A DNA stretch of 64,000 nt from Vulcanimicrobiota bacterium (GCA_963777315.1 CAVZQC010000002.1:128001-192000); one strand, 5' to 3'; positions 1 to 14,275 are shown, counted from the stretch's first letter. Numbers and translations are program-made. Notes: a model not told the origin generated them from the letters alone.

Positions 1-720
1 GCGGGATACGTAACGGTTGCGGCTCCGCAAGGCGCCGCCGCCGCGCTGCGCGCCCACCTGATCGAGCAAGTCGTCGTGTCGATCGATCCGGCCCAAAGCG
101 TCGACAATGCTGCGGAAGATCTGCTGGACGTTGCCAAGCGATGCTCGTCGATCGGCATCGGTCCCGGCTTGGCGCTCGACGATCGCACCGGTGCGATCGT
201 GCGCGGCCTCATCGAAGCAACGGCTCTGCCGATCGTCGCCGATGCGGGCGCACTGTTTCATCTTGCCAAGCACTTGGATCCGCTGCGCGGCAAAAACATC
301 GTCGTCACTCCGCACGAAGGCGAATTCGCGCGCCTGTCGGGCAAAGGCAGCATTCCGCCCGGTGAACGGGTGGAGCGCGTGCGGGAGTTCGTGGGACGCA
401 CCGGCATCTGCACGCTGCTCAAGGGTGAATCGACGCTGGTCTACGACGGTACGACGATGCACATCAATACCACCGGAACGCCCGCGCTCGCCACCGCCGG
501 CACGGGCGACGTCCTCACCGGAATCATTGCCACGCTGCTTGCGCAAGGGTTATCGCCCTTCGACGCTGCCCGCGCGGGAGCGTACTGGCATGGCCTGGCG
601 GGCCGGCACGCCGCCACAGCCCGTTCTCGCGGCGTCATCGCACGCGACGTATACGATGCGTTGGGCGCTGCGCTGCCCAAAGGCCGCAACGAGAATGCGC
701 CGTTAGTGCAGGTGTTTTAG
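1..720 (+). CDS. nnrD: NAD(P)H-hydrate dehydratase (YjeF C-terminal domain), 5' partial
   Basis: Motifs IGIGPGL, VADAGAL, TPHEGEFARL, LLKG, LATAGTGDVLTG; frame open to window start. Confidence 0.9.
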   Translation, partial: AGYVTVAAPQGAAAALRAHLIEQVVVSIDPAQSVDNAAEDLLDVAKRCSSIGIGPGLALDDRTGAIVRGLIEATALPIVADAGALFHLAKHLDPLRGKNIVVTPHEGEFARLSGKGSIPPGERVERVREFVGRTGICTLLKGESTLVYDGTTMHINTTGTPALATAGTGDVLTGIIATLLAQGLSPFDAARAGAYWHGLAGRHAATARSRGVIARDVYDALGAALPKGRNENAPLVQVF

Positions 721-1086
721 CGAGCCGATCCGCACGGCGCTTCCACCGATCACCTTCCAGCCGGAGTCCTGCTTGAGCCAAATGCGCGTAAAGCGCAATG
801 CCTGCTCCACGGCTTTGGTCGCTAAATCGATGCGGACGGTTACGACGACTGTGGGGCCGTAGTCGGCGATGCGCAGATCGCTGGTTGCATAACGAACGAA
901 CTTGCGCGCGCCGGCCGGCCGGTGCGCTTCCAGAACCGCGGACTTGTGAATGATCGTTCCGTCGGGTCCCGTGAAGTAAAAGGCATCGTCAATCAGTGCA
1001 TCCAGCAGTTCGGGATCGGCCACGATGTCCGCCTGTTCGATCCGTTTTTCGAGATCACGGATCTCGTCTTGCGCAACGTCCGGCAT
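703..1086 (-). CDS. NTF2-like / DUF4440 family protein
   Basis: 127 aa with pattern LDALIDDAFYFTGPDG...RFTRIWLKQDSGWKVI. Confidence 0.75.
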   Translation of the reverse strand: MPDVAQDEIRDLEKRIEQADIVADPELLDALIDDAFYFTGPDGTIIHKSAVLEAHRPAGARKFVRYATSDLRIADYGPTVVVTVRIDLATKAVEQALRFTRIWLKQDSGWKVIGGSAVRIGSLKHLH

Positions 1087-1088
1087 CG

Positions 1089-1597
1089 TTACGGCGACTT
1101 GTCCGAATAATACCGCAGCTGCGGCTCTATCGTTGCGTTCACAATGCGAATGATACCATATGAGTACCGCGGCTGAGTGCGTTTGTCGGTCGGCGAGCCC
1201 GGATTAAACAGCAGCACCCCGCCGTGCCAAGCGCAGTACGGCACGTGCGAGTGGCCGAACAGTATCGCGTCGACTTCCTCGTCTTTGAACGCGTTTTGCG
1301 CGCGTACGGGGGTCGAGCCGCCCGAACCGATGTCCCCGTGAACCATGCCGATTCGCACCCGGCCGATGGTAATGATCTTCTTGCGGCCCAGTCGTTCGAC
1401 CAATGCGGGCGGATCGTTATTGCCCGCGACCGCCTGCACGGGCGCGATCGCTTCGAACAGACGGATTGCCAATGCGTCCGTCATGTCGCCGCAATGCGCT
1501 ATTGCATCAACGCGGCTCTCTTGCAAACCGGCGCGCAGAGCAGCCGGAAGCGCCCTGCCGAAATGCGGCAAATGCGTATCGGAAACGACCCCGAGCG

Positions 1598-1616
<19 letters not shown>
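1089..1616 (-). CDS. Metallophosphoesterase (YfcE/MJ0936 family)
   Basis: SDTH, HCGD, GNND, HG, GHSH, NPGS motifs; start re-placed at TTG 1616. Confidence 0.88.
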
Positions 1617-3990
<2,374 letters not shown>

Positions 3991-3994
<4 letters not shown>

Positions 3995-4362
3995 TGCGCG
4001 GCGCGCCGGCTGCGGGGCGCGCTCATCACTTGGATGGGATACCCGTCCGGGTCGCCGATCACCGCAATGCGCCCGAACGCCTCATCGTAGGGATCCTGAA
4101 AGACCGGAACGCTCAACGACGCGCAGTCTGCGACGAACCGATCGACGTTGTCGACGGTGAACCCCAGCTGCAGCGAGCCGGGACGGACGGCGACCAGCTC
4201 GGTCTTGGGGTGGAGCACAAGCGTCGCGTCGTTGCCCAATTCGAACTCGGTCCAGTGCGGCGTCTTGTCGCTTTTGAGTTTGAGACCCAGCACGTCGCGA
4301 TAAAAATCGCGCGAGCGTTTGAGGTCTGCGCAGACCAGCATGGCCACCCAAAATTTCGTCAT
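3991..4362 (-). CDS. VOC/glyoxalase family protein
   Basis: DLKRSRDFYRDVLGL and DPDGYPIQV motifs. Confidence 0.85.
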
Positions 4363-4369
4363 GCCGGGA

Positions 4370-7300
4370 TTAGGCTTTAACCAACTCTTCCAAAACGCGC
4401 ATGTTCTCGCGCTCCATCGCTTCGAGCGTTAGTGCGTTGGGCGGATGATGCCCGACCGCGCGCTGGTCGTCGAGCACCGGCACCAGATACCGGCCCGTGT
4501 ACGACGCCTCGTTTTGCGCAAGCTCCTCGGGAGTGCCCACGCCGACGACCGTCCCGCCGCGATCGCCTCCTTCAGGGCCCAGATCGATCACGTAATCGGC
4601 GGTTTTGATCACGTCCAGATTGTGCTCGATCACCAGCACCGTGTTGCCCGATTGCACCAAACGCTGCAGCACCTCGAGCAATTTATGGATGTCGGCGAAG
4701 TGCAAGCCGGTGGTGGGTTCGTCGAGCACGTAAAACGTGCGGCCGGTAGAACGGCGCGAGAGTTCGGTTGCAAGCTTGACGCGCTGCGCCTCGCCGCCCG
4801 AAAGCGTGGTGGCCGGCTGGCCCATCTTGATATATCCCAAACCGACGTCGCAAATGGTGCTCAATTTATTGTGGATGCGCGGGATCGCCGAGAAAAACGC
4901 GCTGGCCTCGTCGACGCGCATCTCGAGAACGTCGGAAATGGTTTTGCCTTTGTATTTGACCTCCAGCGTCTGAGAGTTATAGCGTTTGCCTTTGCAGACT
5001 TCGCACGGTACGTAAACGTCGGGCAGAAAATGCATCTCGATTTTGATGATTCCATCGCCTTGACACGCCTCGCAGCGGCCGCCTTTGACGTTGAAGGAAA
5101 ATCGGCCCGGAGTATATCCTCGCATCTTGGCCTCGGGCACCATCGAAAACAGCTCGCGAATCAAATCGAACGTGCCCGTGTACGTCGCGGGATTGCTGCG
5201 CGGAGTTCGTCCGATCGGCGATTGGTCGATCACCACCATCTTGTCCAGCTGCTCGACGCCTTTGACGCTGCCGTAGGTTCCGGCCGCGGGCTGACCGTGC
5301 AGATATTGATTGAGCGCTCTGACCAAAACCTGGTTGACCAAAGTGGACTTGCCGCTGCCGCTGACTCCGGTCACGCAGCCGAGCACGCCGATGGGAAAGT
5401 CGACGTCGATTCCCAGCAGGTTGTTGGCTTTTGCGTTCTTGACTTTGAGCCAAGCGCGGGGCGCGCGGCGCCGTTTGGGAATCGGAATGAACTTTCGCCC
5501 CGAGATGTACGCACCGGTCTCGGATTGCGGATCGGCGACGACGTCGTCCAGCGTTCCTGCCGTGAGAATGTACCCGCCTTCCGCCCCTGCTCCGGGCCCG
5601 ATGTCGACGACGACGTCGGCGGTGCGGATGGTGTCCTCGTCGTGCTCCACGACGATCAGCGTGTTTCCCAAGTCGCGCAACGTGCGCAGCGTAGCTAAAA
5701 GCCGTTCGTTGTCGCGCTGATGCAGTCCGATCGAAGGCTCGTCCAAAATATACAGCACGCCCACGAGCGAACTGCCGATTTGAGTGGCCAGCCGGATGCG
5801 CTGCGATTCGCCGCCCGAAAGCGTCGTCGCGGATCGCCCAAGCGTGAGATAATTCAACCCGACGTTGCTCAGAAAGCCCAGCCGGGCCCGAATCTCTTTG
5901 AGCACTTGATGCGCGATCTGCTCTTCTCGGGGGTTTGGAGCGAAGTCGTTGAAAAACGCTTCGCACCGTTCGATCGACATGCGCGTGAGCCGATCGATGT
6001 TCGCACCGCCCACGGTAACGGCCAGCGCCTCCGGCTTGAGTCGCGCGCCTTTGCATTGCGGGCACGTCGAGGCAGACATGAACTTTTCGATGTCTTCCTT
6101 GACGTATTCGCTCGAGGTCTCGCTATGCCGGCGTTCGAGATTGTTGATGACGCCTTCAAACGTCGAACGGTATTCCCATACTTTGCCCGCACGCGATTCG
6201 TAGGAGAAATTTTGTTCGCGATCCGTCCCGTACAGGATGATGTCCACGACTTCGTCCGGCATCTTGTCGATCGGCGTGGTGGTTCGTACCCGGTACTTGC
6301 GCAGTACGCGTTCGAGCTGCTGCAGATAGTACGGGTTCATCGACGGGAAGCGCCCGCTGCCCAGCGACTTGCTCCAGGGCACGATCGCGCCCTCGTCTAT
6401 CGATTTGCCGCGGTCCGGAATCACTTTCCACGGATCAATCTCGACCTTCTCCCCCAAACCGCTGCAGCCGGGGCAGGCGCCGTACGGCGAGTTGAACGAA
6501 AACAGGCGCGGCGCGAGCTCTTCGAACGACAGGCCGCACTCCACGCACGCGAATGCTTCGCTGAACGTCAGTTCCCGCGTGCCGCTCGAGTCCTCGACCA
6601 GGGCGGTCACGATCCCGGTCGAGAGCCGCAACGTCGTTTCGACCGAATCGCCCAGCCGTTTGCGAATGTCCGGCTTCATCACCAAGCGGTCGACGATCAC
6701 CTCGATCGTATGCTTGCGCTTTTTATCGAGCGCGATCTTCTCGCGCAGCTCTTTGGTTTCGCCGTCGACGCGGACGCGCGAAAATCCCTCCTTTGCGATC
6801 TCTTCGAACAACTTCGCGTACTCGCCCTTGCGGCCGCGCACGAGCGGAGCGAGCAGCTGAATGCGCGAGCCTTCCGGCAGTTCCATGATGGAATCGAGGA
6901 TCTGCTCGCTGCTTTGCGAGCTGATCTCGCGTCCGCACTGATAGCAGTGCGGCACGCCGATGCGCGCGAACAACAGCCGCAAGTAGTCGTAGATCTCGGT
7001 TACGGTTCCGGCCGTCGAACGAGGATTGCGCGAGGTAGACTTCTGGTCGATCGAGATCGCGGGTGAGAGTCCCTCGATGTAGTCGACGTCGGGTTTTTCC
7101 ATCTGGCCCAGAAACTGGCGCGCATACGACGACAGCGACTCGACGTAGCGGCGCTGGCCTTCGGCGTAGATCGTGTCGAAGGCAAGCGAGGATTTGCCCG
7201 ATCCCGACAGGCCGGTAATGACGATGAGGCGGTTGCGGGGAAGGACCAGATCGACGTTTTTGAGATTGTGCTCGCGCGCGCCCTTGATGACGATGGAATC

Positions 7301-7375
7301 GAGCCCGCGCGGCATCGCGACGCCGTCGCGAGCCGGAGGGATGGGCGCGCCGGGAATCTGGTCGTAGGGCGGCAT
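4370..7375 (-). CDS. uvrA: Excinuclease ABC subunit A
   Basis: GAREHNLKN, two Walker A ([16 protein letters not shown]), LSGGE signatures, Zn fingers; alternative start at 7315. Confidence 0.98.
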   Translation of the reverse strand: MPPYDQIPGAPIPPARDGVAMPRGLDSIVIKGAREHNLKNVDLVLPRNRLIVITGLSGSGKSSLAFDTIYAEGQRRYVESLSSYARQFLGQMEKPDVDYIEGLSPAISIDQKSTSRNPRSTAGTVTEIYDYLRLLFARIGVPHCYQCGREISSQSSEQILDSIMELPEGSRIQLLAPLVRGRKGEYAKLFEEIAKEGFSRVRVDGETKELREKIALDKKRKHTIEVIVDRLVMKPDIRKRLGDSVETTLRLSTGIVTALVEDSSGTRELTFSEAFACVECGLSFEELAPRLFSFNSPYGACPGCSGLGEKVEIDPWKVIPDRGKSIDEGAIVPWSKSLGSGRFPSMNPYYLQQLERVLRKYRVRTTTPIDKMPDEVVDIILYGTDREQNFSYESRAGKVWEYRSTFEGVINNLERRHSETSSEYVKEDIEKFMSASTCPQCKGARLKPEALAVTVGGANIDRLTRMSIERCEAFFNDFAPNPREEQIAHQVLKEIRARLGFLSNVGLNYLTLGRSATTLSGGESQRIRLATQIGSSLVGVLYILDEPSIGLHQRDNERLLATLRTLRDLGNTLIVVEHDEDTIRTADVVVDIGPGAGAEGGYILTAGTLDDVVADPQSETGAYISGRKFIPIPKRRRAPRAWLKVKNAKANNLLGIDVDFPIGVLGCVTGVSGSGKSTLVNQVLVRALNQYLHGQPAAGTYGSVKGVEQLDKMVVIDQSPIGRTPRSNPATYTGTFDLIRELFSMVPEAKMRGYTPGRFSFNVKGGRCEACQGDGIIKIEMHFLPDVYVPCEVCKGKRYNSQTLEVKYKGKTISDVLEMRVDEASAFFSAIPRIHNKLSTICDVGLGYIKMGQPATTLSGGEAQRVKLATELSRRSTGRTFYVLDEPTTGLHFADIHKLLEVLQRLVQSGNTVLVIEHNLDVIKTADYVIDLGPEGGDRGGTVVGVGTPEELAQNEASYTGRYLVPVLDDQRAVGHHPPNALTLEAMERENMRVLEELVKA

Positions 7376-7427
7376 GCTTAGGTATGTAACACGCCGCTGC
7401 GGCGAAATGTTTCCTTCCGCTTACGAG

Positions 7428-8204
7428 CTAGACCGACGAGTACGGCGGAGATTCCGGCGGCGGCGGTGCTGCTCCGGCGGTGCCGACGCCGGAGGTGAGC
7501 TTGATGTATTCTCCGACGATCACCAACGTAGCGTACGCCGCGACGATCTGCACGATCAGCTGGCGAATCACCATTCCCAACAGCGGGATCCCTCCGAAGA
7601 ACCGCGCGATCCATCCGCCGAGCACGAACGCGATCGCCAGCACGATGACGATGCCCAACGTTGCCAGGAAATTCTTGGTCGTGATGCGCGCCGATTCGGC
7701 CAAAGCTTCGGTAGCGGTGCGATTGCCGACGATCACGCTGGGAAGCGCATACAGAAAGAAGAGATAAAACGCGAGCAGCGCCAGCCCGAGCGTCGGAACG
7801 GAAAGCGCAACCGCCGCGATGCCCAAAAGAAAAAGCAGGACGACGGCGACGAATATCTGGCCGCCTTCGGTCCGGAATGCCGTCGAGCCGTCTTCGAGGG
7901 TTGCTTTTCCGGTGCGCCAAGCAGCGCCGGCCATCCCGGTCGTATACGCAATGACCAGAATGGTGGCCAGCATCAGCACGACCCCGACGATCAGCGCGCT
8001 CAGGAACGCCGACAGCACGCCGACGCCGCCCATGCCGACCGCCGTAAGGCCGACTGCCGAAGCGACGCCGTACAGCGCGAGCAGCCAAACGACGATCGCC
8101 GCGAGAATCCCGATGACGACCCCCGGGACGATGAGGATCCAGTTGCCGGTCAGCAGTTGCCACGCCCGGCCGAACGTGTTGCCGAAGTCTTGCGAGACTT
8201 GCAT
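7428..8204 (-). CDS. Multi-pass membrane protein of unknown function
   Basis: Several hydrophobic helices; GGAGG RBS upstream of ATG 8204; paralog of adjacent gene. Confidence 0.8.
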   Translation of the reverse strand: MQVSQDFGNTFGRAWQLLTGNWILIVPGVVIGILAAIVVWLLALYGVASAVGLTAVGMGGVGVLSAFLSALIVGVVLMLATILVIAYTTGMAGAAWRTGKATLEDGSTAFRTEGGQIFVAVVLLFLLGIAAVALSVPTLGLALLAFYLFFLYALPSVIVGNRTATEALAESARITTKNFLATLGIVIVLAIAFVLGGWIARFFGGIPLLGMVIRQLIVQIVAAYATLVIVGEYIKLTSGVGTAGAAPPPPESPPYSSV

Positions 8205-8255
8205 ACGAAACCTCCAAAGCGCCAAGAGACGTTGACCTAAGTTCCTTCGCTGCGA

Positions 8256-8945
8256 TCATCGCGATGCCTGGTTGCCCGCCTTGCGCAGTTCGAGACATTC
8301 GCCGGTTGCGACCACCGTCGCGTACGCCACGGCGGCTTCCATGAGGACCCACGAAACCACCGGCCCGGCCGCTGCCCCCGCTGCCGCTAGGGTGAGAATC
8401 AGCAGGACGAGTACGAACGTCGATCCCAAATTCTGCGCGGCAATGCGCAGCGAGTCCACGAGCGCGTCGTACATCGGGCGTCCGGCGACGGCGACGAGGG
8501 GGATCGTGTAGATCGTGAACGCCATGTAGGCCAGCAGCGATATTCCGAACGTCGGAATGACGAGGGCGGCAGCGGCCAGCCCGATGAGAAGCAGCACGAG
8601 CATTGCCTGCGCAAGCGGCACGCCTTCGCGGCGCAGCTGCTGCGCACCGTGGGAAAGACGCGCTCTTCCTCGGGTCCATGCCGCGCTCGCCATGCCCGTC
8701 GTGAACGCGATTGCGAGCAGTGAAACGGCAATGCGCAGCGCCAGAGCGACGATGGTTTCGATGAACAGCCGGAACGCGTCCGGGCCAGCCGCATTCAAGT
8801 CGCCGAAAAACCGCCAAGAAAGATAACCCGCCGCGGACAGGTCGTATGCTGCCGCTTGACCGGCGAGGGCAAGCACCAGCGCGGGAACCAGGAGCGCCGG
8901 ATTGCGCCACAGCAGCGCGAGCGCGCGCAGCAGCGTTTGCTTCAC
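8256..8945 (-). CDS. Multi-pass membrane protein, paralog of 7428-8204
   Basis: Shares TTGMAxAAWxxGxAxL and PTxGxxLLA motifs with its neighbour. Confidence 0.78.
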   Translation of the reverse strand: MKQTLLRALALLWRNPALLVPALVLALAGQAAAYDLSAAGYLSWRFFGDLNAAGPDAFRLFIETIVALALRIAVSLLAIAFTTGMASAAWTRGRARLSHGAQQLRREGVPLAQAMLVLLLIGLAAAALVIPTFGISLLAYMAFTIYTIPLVAVAGRPMYDALVDSLRIAAQNLGSTFVLVLLILTLAAAGAAAGPVVSWVLMEAAVAYATVVATGECLELRKAGNQASR

Positions 8946-9652
8946 GGCAGCTCGCGAGCAACGTGGGCTATGGTATCGACGATCGCATCGGGCGCCGCTG
9001 CGCCGCGCGGTACGCTCTCTCCGCGCACGTTCACCCAGACCGTATACAGCCCGGCTTCAATCGCGCCTGCGATGTCGCGCTCGTACCGGTCGCCGACCAT
9101 GGCGCTTTGCGCCGGAGCGCTGTCCAGTTTCCGGCACGCGTGCGCAAAGAGCAGCGGATCGGGTTTGACCATGCCGACCTCGTCCGCCAGAAAAATCGCG
9201 TCGAAGTATTGCGCGATCTGCAGCAGCGCAATCTTTTCACGGTGCGTTTCCGAAACGCCGTTGGTCACCAATCCCAAACGCTTGCCGCGCGACTTGAGAT
9301 CCTGCAGCAGCGCGAGCGCACCGGGAAAGAGCGAAAAATACTTGCGCCGGTATGCGTGATAGTTGTCTGCGCTGCGCTGCGCGAGTTCGGCATCCTTGAG
9401 CCCAACCGAAAGCAAGGCGTTCGTCCAGAGCGTCGCTCGCAACTGCGTCATCTTGGCGCGAACCTGTTCGCTCGTCAGCCGCGTCCAAAACCCCTGCGCC
9501 TGCGCGACGTAGGCAGCTTTGAGCGCGAGCGCATCGATGCCGTGTTCTGCCGCAACTTCGCGCGCGACTTCTTCGGCGGCCGAAGTATAGGCCAGCGTAT
9601 CGTCGTGCAGCGTGTCGTCCAAATCGAAGAGGACCGCCGCGATTTCACGCAT
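8942..9652 (-). CDS. HAD family hydrolase
   Basis: FDLDDTL, VTNG, KPDP, MVGDRYERDIAGA; start at ATG 9652. Confidence 0.92.
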   Translation of the reverse strand: MREIAAVLFDLDDTLHDDTLAYTSAAEEVAREVAAEHGIDALALKAAYVAQAQGFWTRLTSEQVRAKMTQLRATLWTNALLSVGLKDAELAQRSADNYHAYRRKYFSLFPGALALLQDLKSRGKRLGLVTNGVSETHREKIALLQIAQYFDAIFLADEVGMVKPDPLLFAHACRKLDSAPAQSAMVGDRYERDIAGAIEAGLYTVWVNVRGESVPRGAAAPDAIVDTIAHVARELP

Positions 9653-12110
9653 GCGAAAATCGCACTCGGAACGAACGCAGACCGTACGCACCGATGTCGA
9701 ACGCGAGCGATTCGCCTCGTATCGCAACCGGCCCGTCAGCCGGCCGTTCGAGCGCATCCACCGCGGACGCCTGCGTCATGCGCGCGCCGCATCGCATCAG
9801 GACGCTGCGCGGCGAGCCGTCACATTCGCGAACGCGCACGATCGCTCCGTCGCCGTCATGCGCTGGTTTGCACGCGACGACCAGCACGGAGTCGGCATCC
9901 GGCTCGAACAGCCGCACGCGCGGTTCGTTCGCGAAACGATCCCAGGCGCGTTCGATTGCGGCAATACTCGTACCCGAGAGCGGTGCGAACGCGTACGAAA
10001 GCTCGTGTTCGCCGACGTCCGCCTGCGGATCGGGCCACGTCGTGCCGCGCAAGAGGGAATGTCCCAGCCGCACGCCGCCTTTGGGCAGCGCCCGCGCGCT
10101 CCAGCCGTACGTGTCGAGCGCGAGCAGCGCGAGCCCCACGCCGGATGAATCCCGCACCGCGGCAAACCGCTGTCCCGGCACTTCGAATTTGGCGGCCTGC
10201 GCGGGCGTTTGCGGGCGCGCGCTGCGTTCGACGATTCCGTGCGGCGCCCCGTACGTGGCGACGTCCGTTTGGATCGGCAGCCAGTTCTCGATTCGCAGCA
10301 GACGCCGCCGCTCGCGCCAATCGACGTCAAGGTCGACGCGCAAAAACGCCTCGCCGGCCGGCAGGGCGATGCGCATGCTCGCGGGCGAAGTGCCGAGCAT
10401 CAGATCGACGATCAGGCAGCCGCCTTCCACGCGGGCGCGCACGGGGTTGGCGTGCGCGATCTTACGCTCGTAGCCGCGATCCAGATTCCAGGCTTCCCAT
10501 GCCCTGGGCTTGTCGCGATAGAGCGCGAGCACGTTCGCTTGCGTGCACACGTTGCGGCCGCCGGCGCAGGCCAGTTCGACGATCGCACCTGAGCTTTGCA
10601 CGCCTGCCCGCAGCAGACCGTTGTCGAAAACATACACGCCGTCTTGCTCGCGCGGAGCGCTTGGCGCGCCTGTCGCCTGCGGGCCGGCCCCGCGCGGCAG
10701 CATCGTTTGCGCGGACGCAACGGCGCCGCCGACCAGTTCCTCGGCCTGCGCGTACTCTCGTTGGACGTCCCGATAAACGTGCGCAATCGACGTTCCGGGC
10801 AGCACGTCGTGAAACTGATTGCGCAGCACGATCTGCCATGCGGCGTGCAGCCGCGCAGCCATATCCGCCACCGCCGCTCGCGGGGCGTGCACCGCCGCGC
10901 ACCACGCCGCAAGCTCTTCGGCGTGGCCGAGCGAGCGTTCCAGCAGCGCATTGTGAAATTTCGCATCGTGGTGCGTGGTGTAGACGCCGCGATGGTACTC
11001 CAAGTACAGTTCGTCGCCGTATCGCGGCAAATCGCTGCGCGAAGCCAAAGCGTCGAACCAATCCCGGACGCGGATCCAACTGCCGATGCGTTCGCACTGC
11101 GCGAGCATCTTGTCCGTCACGCCGCCGCCGCCGTCCCCGTAACCCACGACGAGCGGTTCGCGGCGCCGCTTGGCCTTGATCACGCGCCACGGATACGGGC
11201 CGCCGTCGTAGGACTGGAGCAGCGCGGCGATCACGCTGCTGCCGTCCCGGCTCTGCCAAACGAATTGCGGATACGGAAAGGACGTCGTGTCGTTCCACTG
11301 CAGTTTCGTCGTCGCAAAATACGGAATGCCGGCGTGGGCGAGTAGTTGCGGCAACGTCGCGGCAAAGCCGAAACTGTCGGGCAGCCATGCGATCTGCGGC
11401 GCGATGCCGAACTGCCGCACGCAGTACGCGTGCGCGAAAAGCATTTGCCGAAGCAGCGATTCGCCCGACGGCAGGTTGCAATCGCTCTCGACCCACAGGG
11501 CCGCGACGTCAGGGTCGAATCTGCCGGCGGCGACGTGCGTTCGAACGCGCTCGAACAAGCCGGGATCGTCCTCTTGCACGAAGTCGTAGAGCTGCGGCTG
11601 GCTTTGAACGAAACGGAAGGAGGCATCGCGATCGAGCAGATCGCAAGCGATGGCAAACGTGCGCTGCGCTTTGCGGCGCGTCTGCTCGTACGTCCACAGC
11701 CAGGCGACGTCCAAATGGCTGTGCCCGATCAGCGATATGCCGTCGCCGCGGGCATGGTCCGCTGCTGCGAGCTCTTCGCTCGGCGCCGGGTGCACGTCGA
11801 GCGTCGTCTGCGGACGCTGGTGCGAGCGCGCGTTGATGTACCACCAGACGATTCCGGGGCCCGCAGGAAGACCGTTGGTCGGCAGCGCGCGCAGTTCGAC
11901 TTCCAGAACGAGTTCGCGCTCGCGGTCGCTCGCCGGAAGCACGACGCCGCGATGTTCGCGGTCGAATGCGCCGGCCGCCCGTCCGTCGACTCGCAGCAGC
12001 GCTCCCGTGCGCGTGCGATAGCCTAACGCAACTGGGTGATTTTGCGCAGGCAGCCGCGCGCGCAGGTACGCCGTCGACTCGTCACGTCCGGTTTCCTCAA
12101 GGTTCAGCAA
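9645..12110 (-). CDS. GH38 alpha-mannosidase
   Basis: HSHLDVAWLW, SGESLLRQ, WLPDSFG nucleophile, ELYLEYHRG, NQFHDVLPG. Confidence 0.9.
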   Translation of the reverse strand: MLNLEETGRDESTAYLRARLPAQNHPVALGYRTRTGALLRVDGRAAGAFDREHRGVVLPASDRERELVLEVELRALPTNGLPAGPGIVWWYINARSHQRPQTTLDVHPAPSEELAAADHARGDGISLIGHSHLDVAWLWTYEQTRRKAQRTFAIACDLLDRDASFRFVQSQPQLYDFVQEDDPGLFERVRTHVAAGRFDPDVAALWVESDCNLPSGESLLRQMLFAHAYCVRQFGIAPQIAWLPDSFGFAATLPQLLAHAGIPYFATTKLQWNDTTSFPYPQFVWQSRDGSSVIAALLQSYDGGPYPWRVIKAKRRREPLVVGYGDGGGGVTDKMLAQCERIGSWIRVRDWFDALASRSDLPRYGDELYLEYHRGVYTTHHDAKFHNALLERSLGHAEELAAWCAAVHAPRAAVADMAARLHAAWQIVLRNQFHDVLPGTSIAHVYRDVQREYAQAEELVGGAVASAQTMLPRGAGPQATGAPSAPREQDGVYVFDNGLLRAGVQSSGAIVELACAGGRNVCTQANVLALYRDKPRAWEAWNLDRGYERKIAHANPVRARVEGGCLIVDLMLGTSPASMRIALPAGEAFLRVDLDVDWRERRRLLRIENWLPIQTDVATYGAPHGIVERSARPQTPAQAAKFEVPGQRFAAVRDSSGVGLALLALDTYGWSARALPKGGVRLGHSLLRGTTWPDPQADVGEHELSYAFAPLSGTSIAAIERAWDRFANEPRVRLFEPDADSVLVVACKPAHDGDGAIVRVRECDGSPRSVLMRCGARMTQASAVDALERPADGPVAIRGESLAFDIGAYGLRSFRVRFSHA

Positions 12111-12113
12111 TCA

Positions 12114-14160
12114 CTACCTTCCGACCAATTCCTTGAGCGCGTGTTCGAAGATCTTGGGTGCTTTACCCTGGAACAGCATCGATTCGTTTCCGCCGATCTG
12201 CTTGCGCAGGCTCGATCAGCTCGTCGCGCAGCGCGGCAGCCTTTTCGAACTCCAGGCTCGCCGCGTACTCGCGCATCTTCTTGTCCAACTCCGCCGCCAT
12301 CTTCATCGCAACGTCGCGCGGCAGCCGTTCGCGCCGGATGTCGGACTGCGCCTCCTGCGTCGCGCCGACCATGGCCAAAATGTCGCGCACTTCCTTACGC
12401 ACCGTGCGCGGTTCTATGCCGTGCTCGAGGTTGTAGGCCACTTGCAGCTCGCGCCGCCGGCGCGTTTCTCCGATGGCCCGCGCCATCGACTCGGTAACGA
12501 CGTCGGCGTACATGATCACCGTGCCGTCGATGTTGCGCGCGGCGCGGCCTATCGTTTGAATCAGCGAGGTGCCGCTGCGAAGGTACCCCTCCTTGTCCGC
12601 ATCCAGAATGCCGACCAGCGAGACTTCGGGCAAATCCAGCCCCTCGCGCAGCAAATTGATGCCGACGAGCACGTCGAACACCCCTAAACGGAGATCGCGC
12701 AGAATCGCGATGCGTTCGAGCGTATCGACTTCGCTGTGCAGATAGCGCACGCGAAAGTTCATCTCGATCAGAAAATCCGTGAGATCTTCGGCCATCTTCT
12801 TGGTGAGCGTCGTCACGAGCACGCGCTCCTTGCGCTCGGCGCGCTTGCGGATCTCCTCCATCAGGTCGTCGACCTGGTTGCGCGTGGTTCGGACCTCGAC
12901 TTCCGGATCGACCAGACCCGTGGGACGAATGATCATCTCGACCACTTGCGAACTGCGGCCCACTTCATACGTGCCCGGCGTCGCCGACAGGTACACGATC
13001 TGCTCGACGTGCTCTTCGAACTCGTCGTACGTCAGGGGGCGGTTGTCGAGCGCGCTGGGCAAGCGAAAGCCGTGCTCGACCAGCGAAATCTTGCGCGAGC
13101 GGTCGCCGCCGAACATCGCGTGGACTTGCGGAAGCGTCACGTGCGACTCGTCGACGAACACCAGCCAGTCTTTGGGAAAGAAATCGAGCAAACACCATGG
13201 CGTGGAGCCGGGTTCGCGCCCGGTGAGGTGGCGCGAATAGTTTTCGATGCCGTTGCAGTAACCCACCTCGCGCAGCATGTCGAGATCGTAGCGCGTTCGC
13301 ATCTCCAGACGCTGGGCCTCGAGCAGCTTGCCGTTTTGCCTGAAGTAGCGCAGCCGCTCGTCGAGCTCGGCCTCGATCGACGCAATCGCGCGCCGCAGCT
13401 TCTCCTCGGGAGTGATGAAATGCTTGGCGGGAAAGATCAGCAGTTCGTCTTTGCTCTCGACGTACTCGCCGGTCAGGATGTTGACGACGTTGATGGCGTC
13501 GATTTGGTCGCCGAAGAACTCGATTCGATGGATGAGATCCTCGTCGACGCCCATGAATTCCAGCGTGTCGCCGCGCACGCGAAACGTGCCGCGAACCATG
13601 TTCAGGTCGTTGCGCCGGTACTGCATGTCGACGAGCTTGCGCAGCAGCGCGTCCCGGTCGAGTTCCTCGCCCAGGCGCAGCTTCACGGACATTTCCATGT
13701 AGTCCGACGGCGAGCCCAAACCGAAAATGCACGACACCGACGCCACAATCAGCGTGTCGCGCCGCGTAAGCAGCGACTGCGTGGCCGAATGGCGCAGGCG
13801 CTCGATCTCCTCGTTGACCGAGCTGTCTTTCTCGATGTACGTGTCGGTGTGCGCGATGTACGCCTCGGGCTGGTAGTAATCGAAATAGGAAACGAAGTAC
13901 TCCACCGCATTGCCCGGGAAAAAGTCGCGGAATTCGGCGCACAGTTGAGCGGCCAGCGTTTTGTTGTGCGAAAGCACCAGGGTGGGCTTTTGCACCATTT
14001 CGATGACCTTGGCCATGGCCACGGTTTTGCCGCTGCCGGTCACGCCGAGCAGCGTCTGCGCGCGATCGCCGCGGACGACGCCTTCGGCCAAGGCCTGCGT
14101 AGCCTTGGGCTGGTCGCCGGCGAGCTGGTAGGGGGTGACGAGTTCGAACGCTTGAGCCAT
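12114..14160 (-). CDS. uvrB: Excinuclease ABC subunit B; +1 frameshift near the 3' end (about 12209). Uncorrected stop at 12163, corrected stop at 12114
   Basis: [45 protein letters not shown]; corrected tail ELRKQIGG...ELVGR* abuts the next gene. Confidence 0.96.
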
Positions 14161-14275
14161 CGCTTTTCTTCGACATAGCCCGGACGTTGCGGGTTGCGTT
14201 CGGGCAACCGCGAGGGTTGCGCGCGCAAGCGCGGGAACCTCATGGTCCGCCCGCCCACGTCTGGAGATTCGCCCC

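Noticed and set aside
8846..11179. Long antisense or alternate-frame ORFs (777 aa here, many similar)
   Set aside because: Arg/Ala/Pro-rich shadows of real genes, expected in GC-rich DNA; no recognisable motifs.
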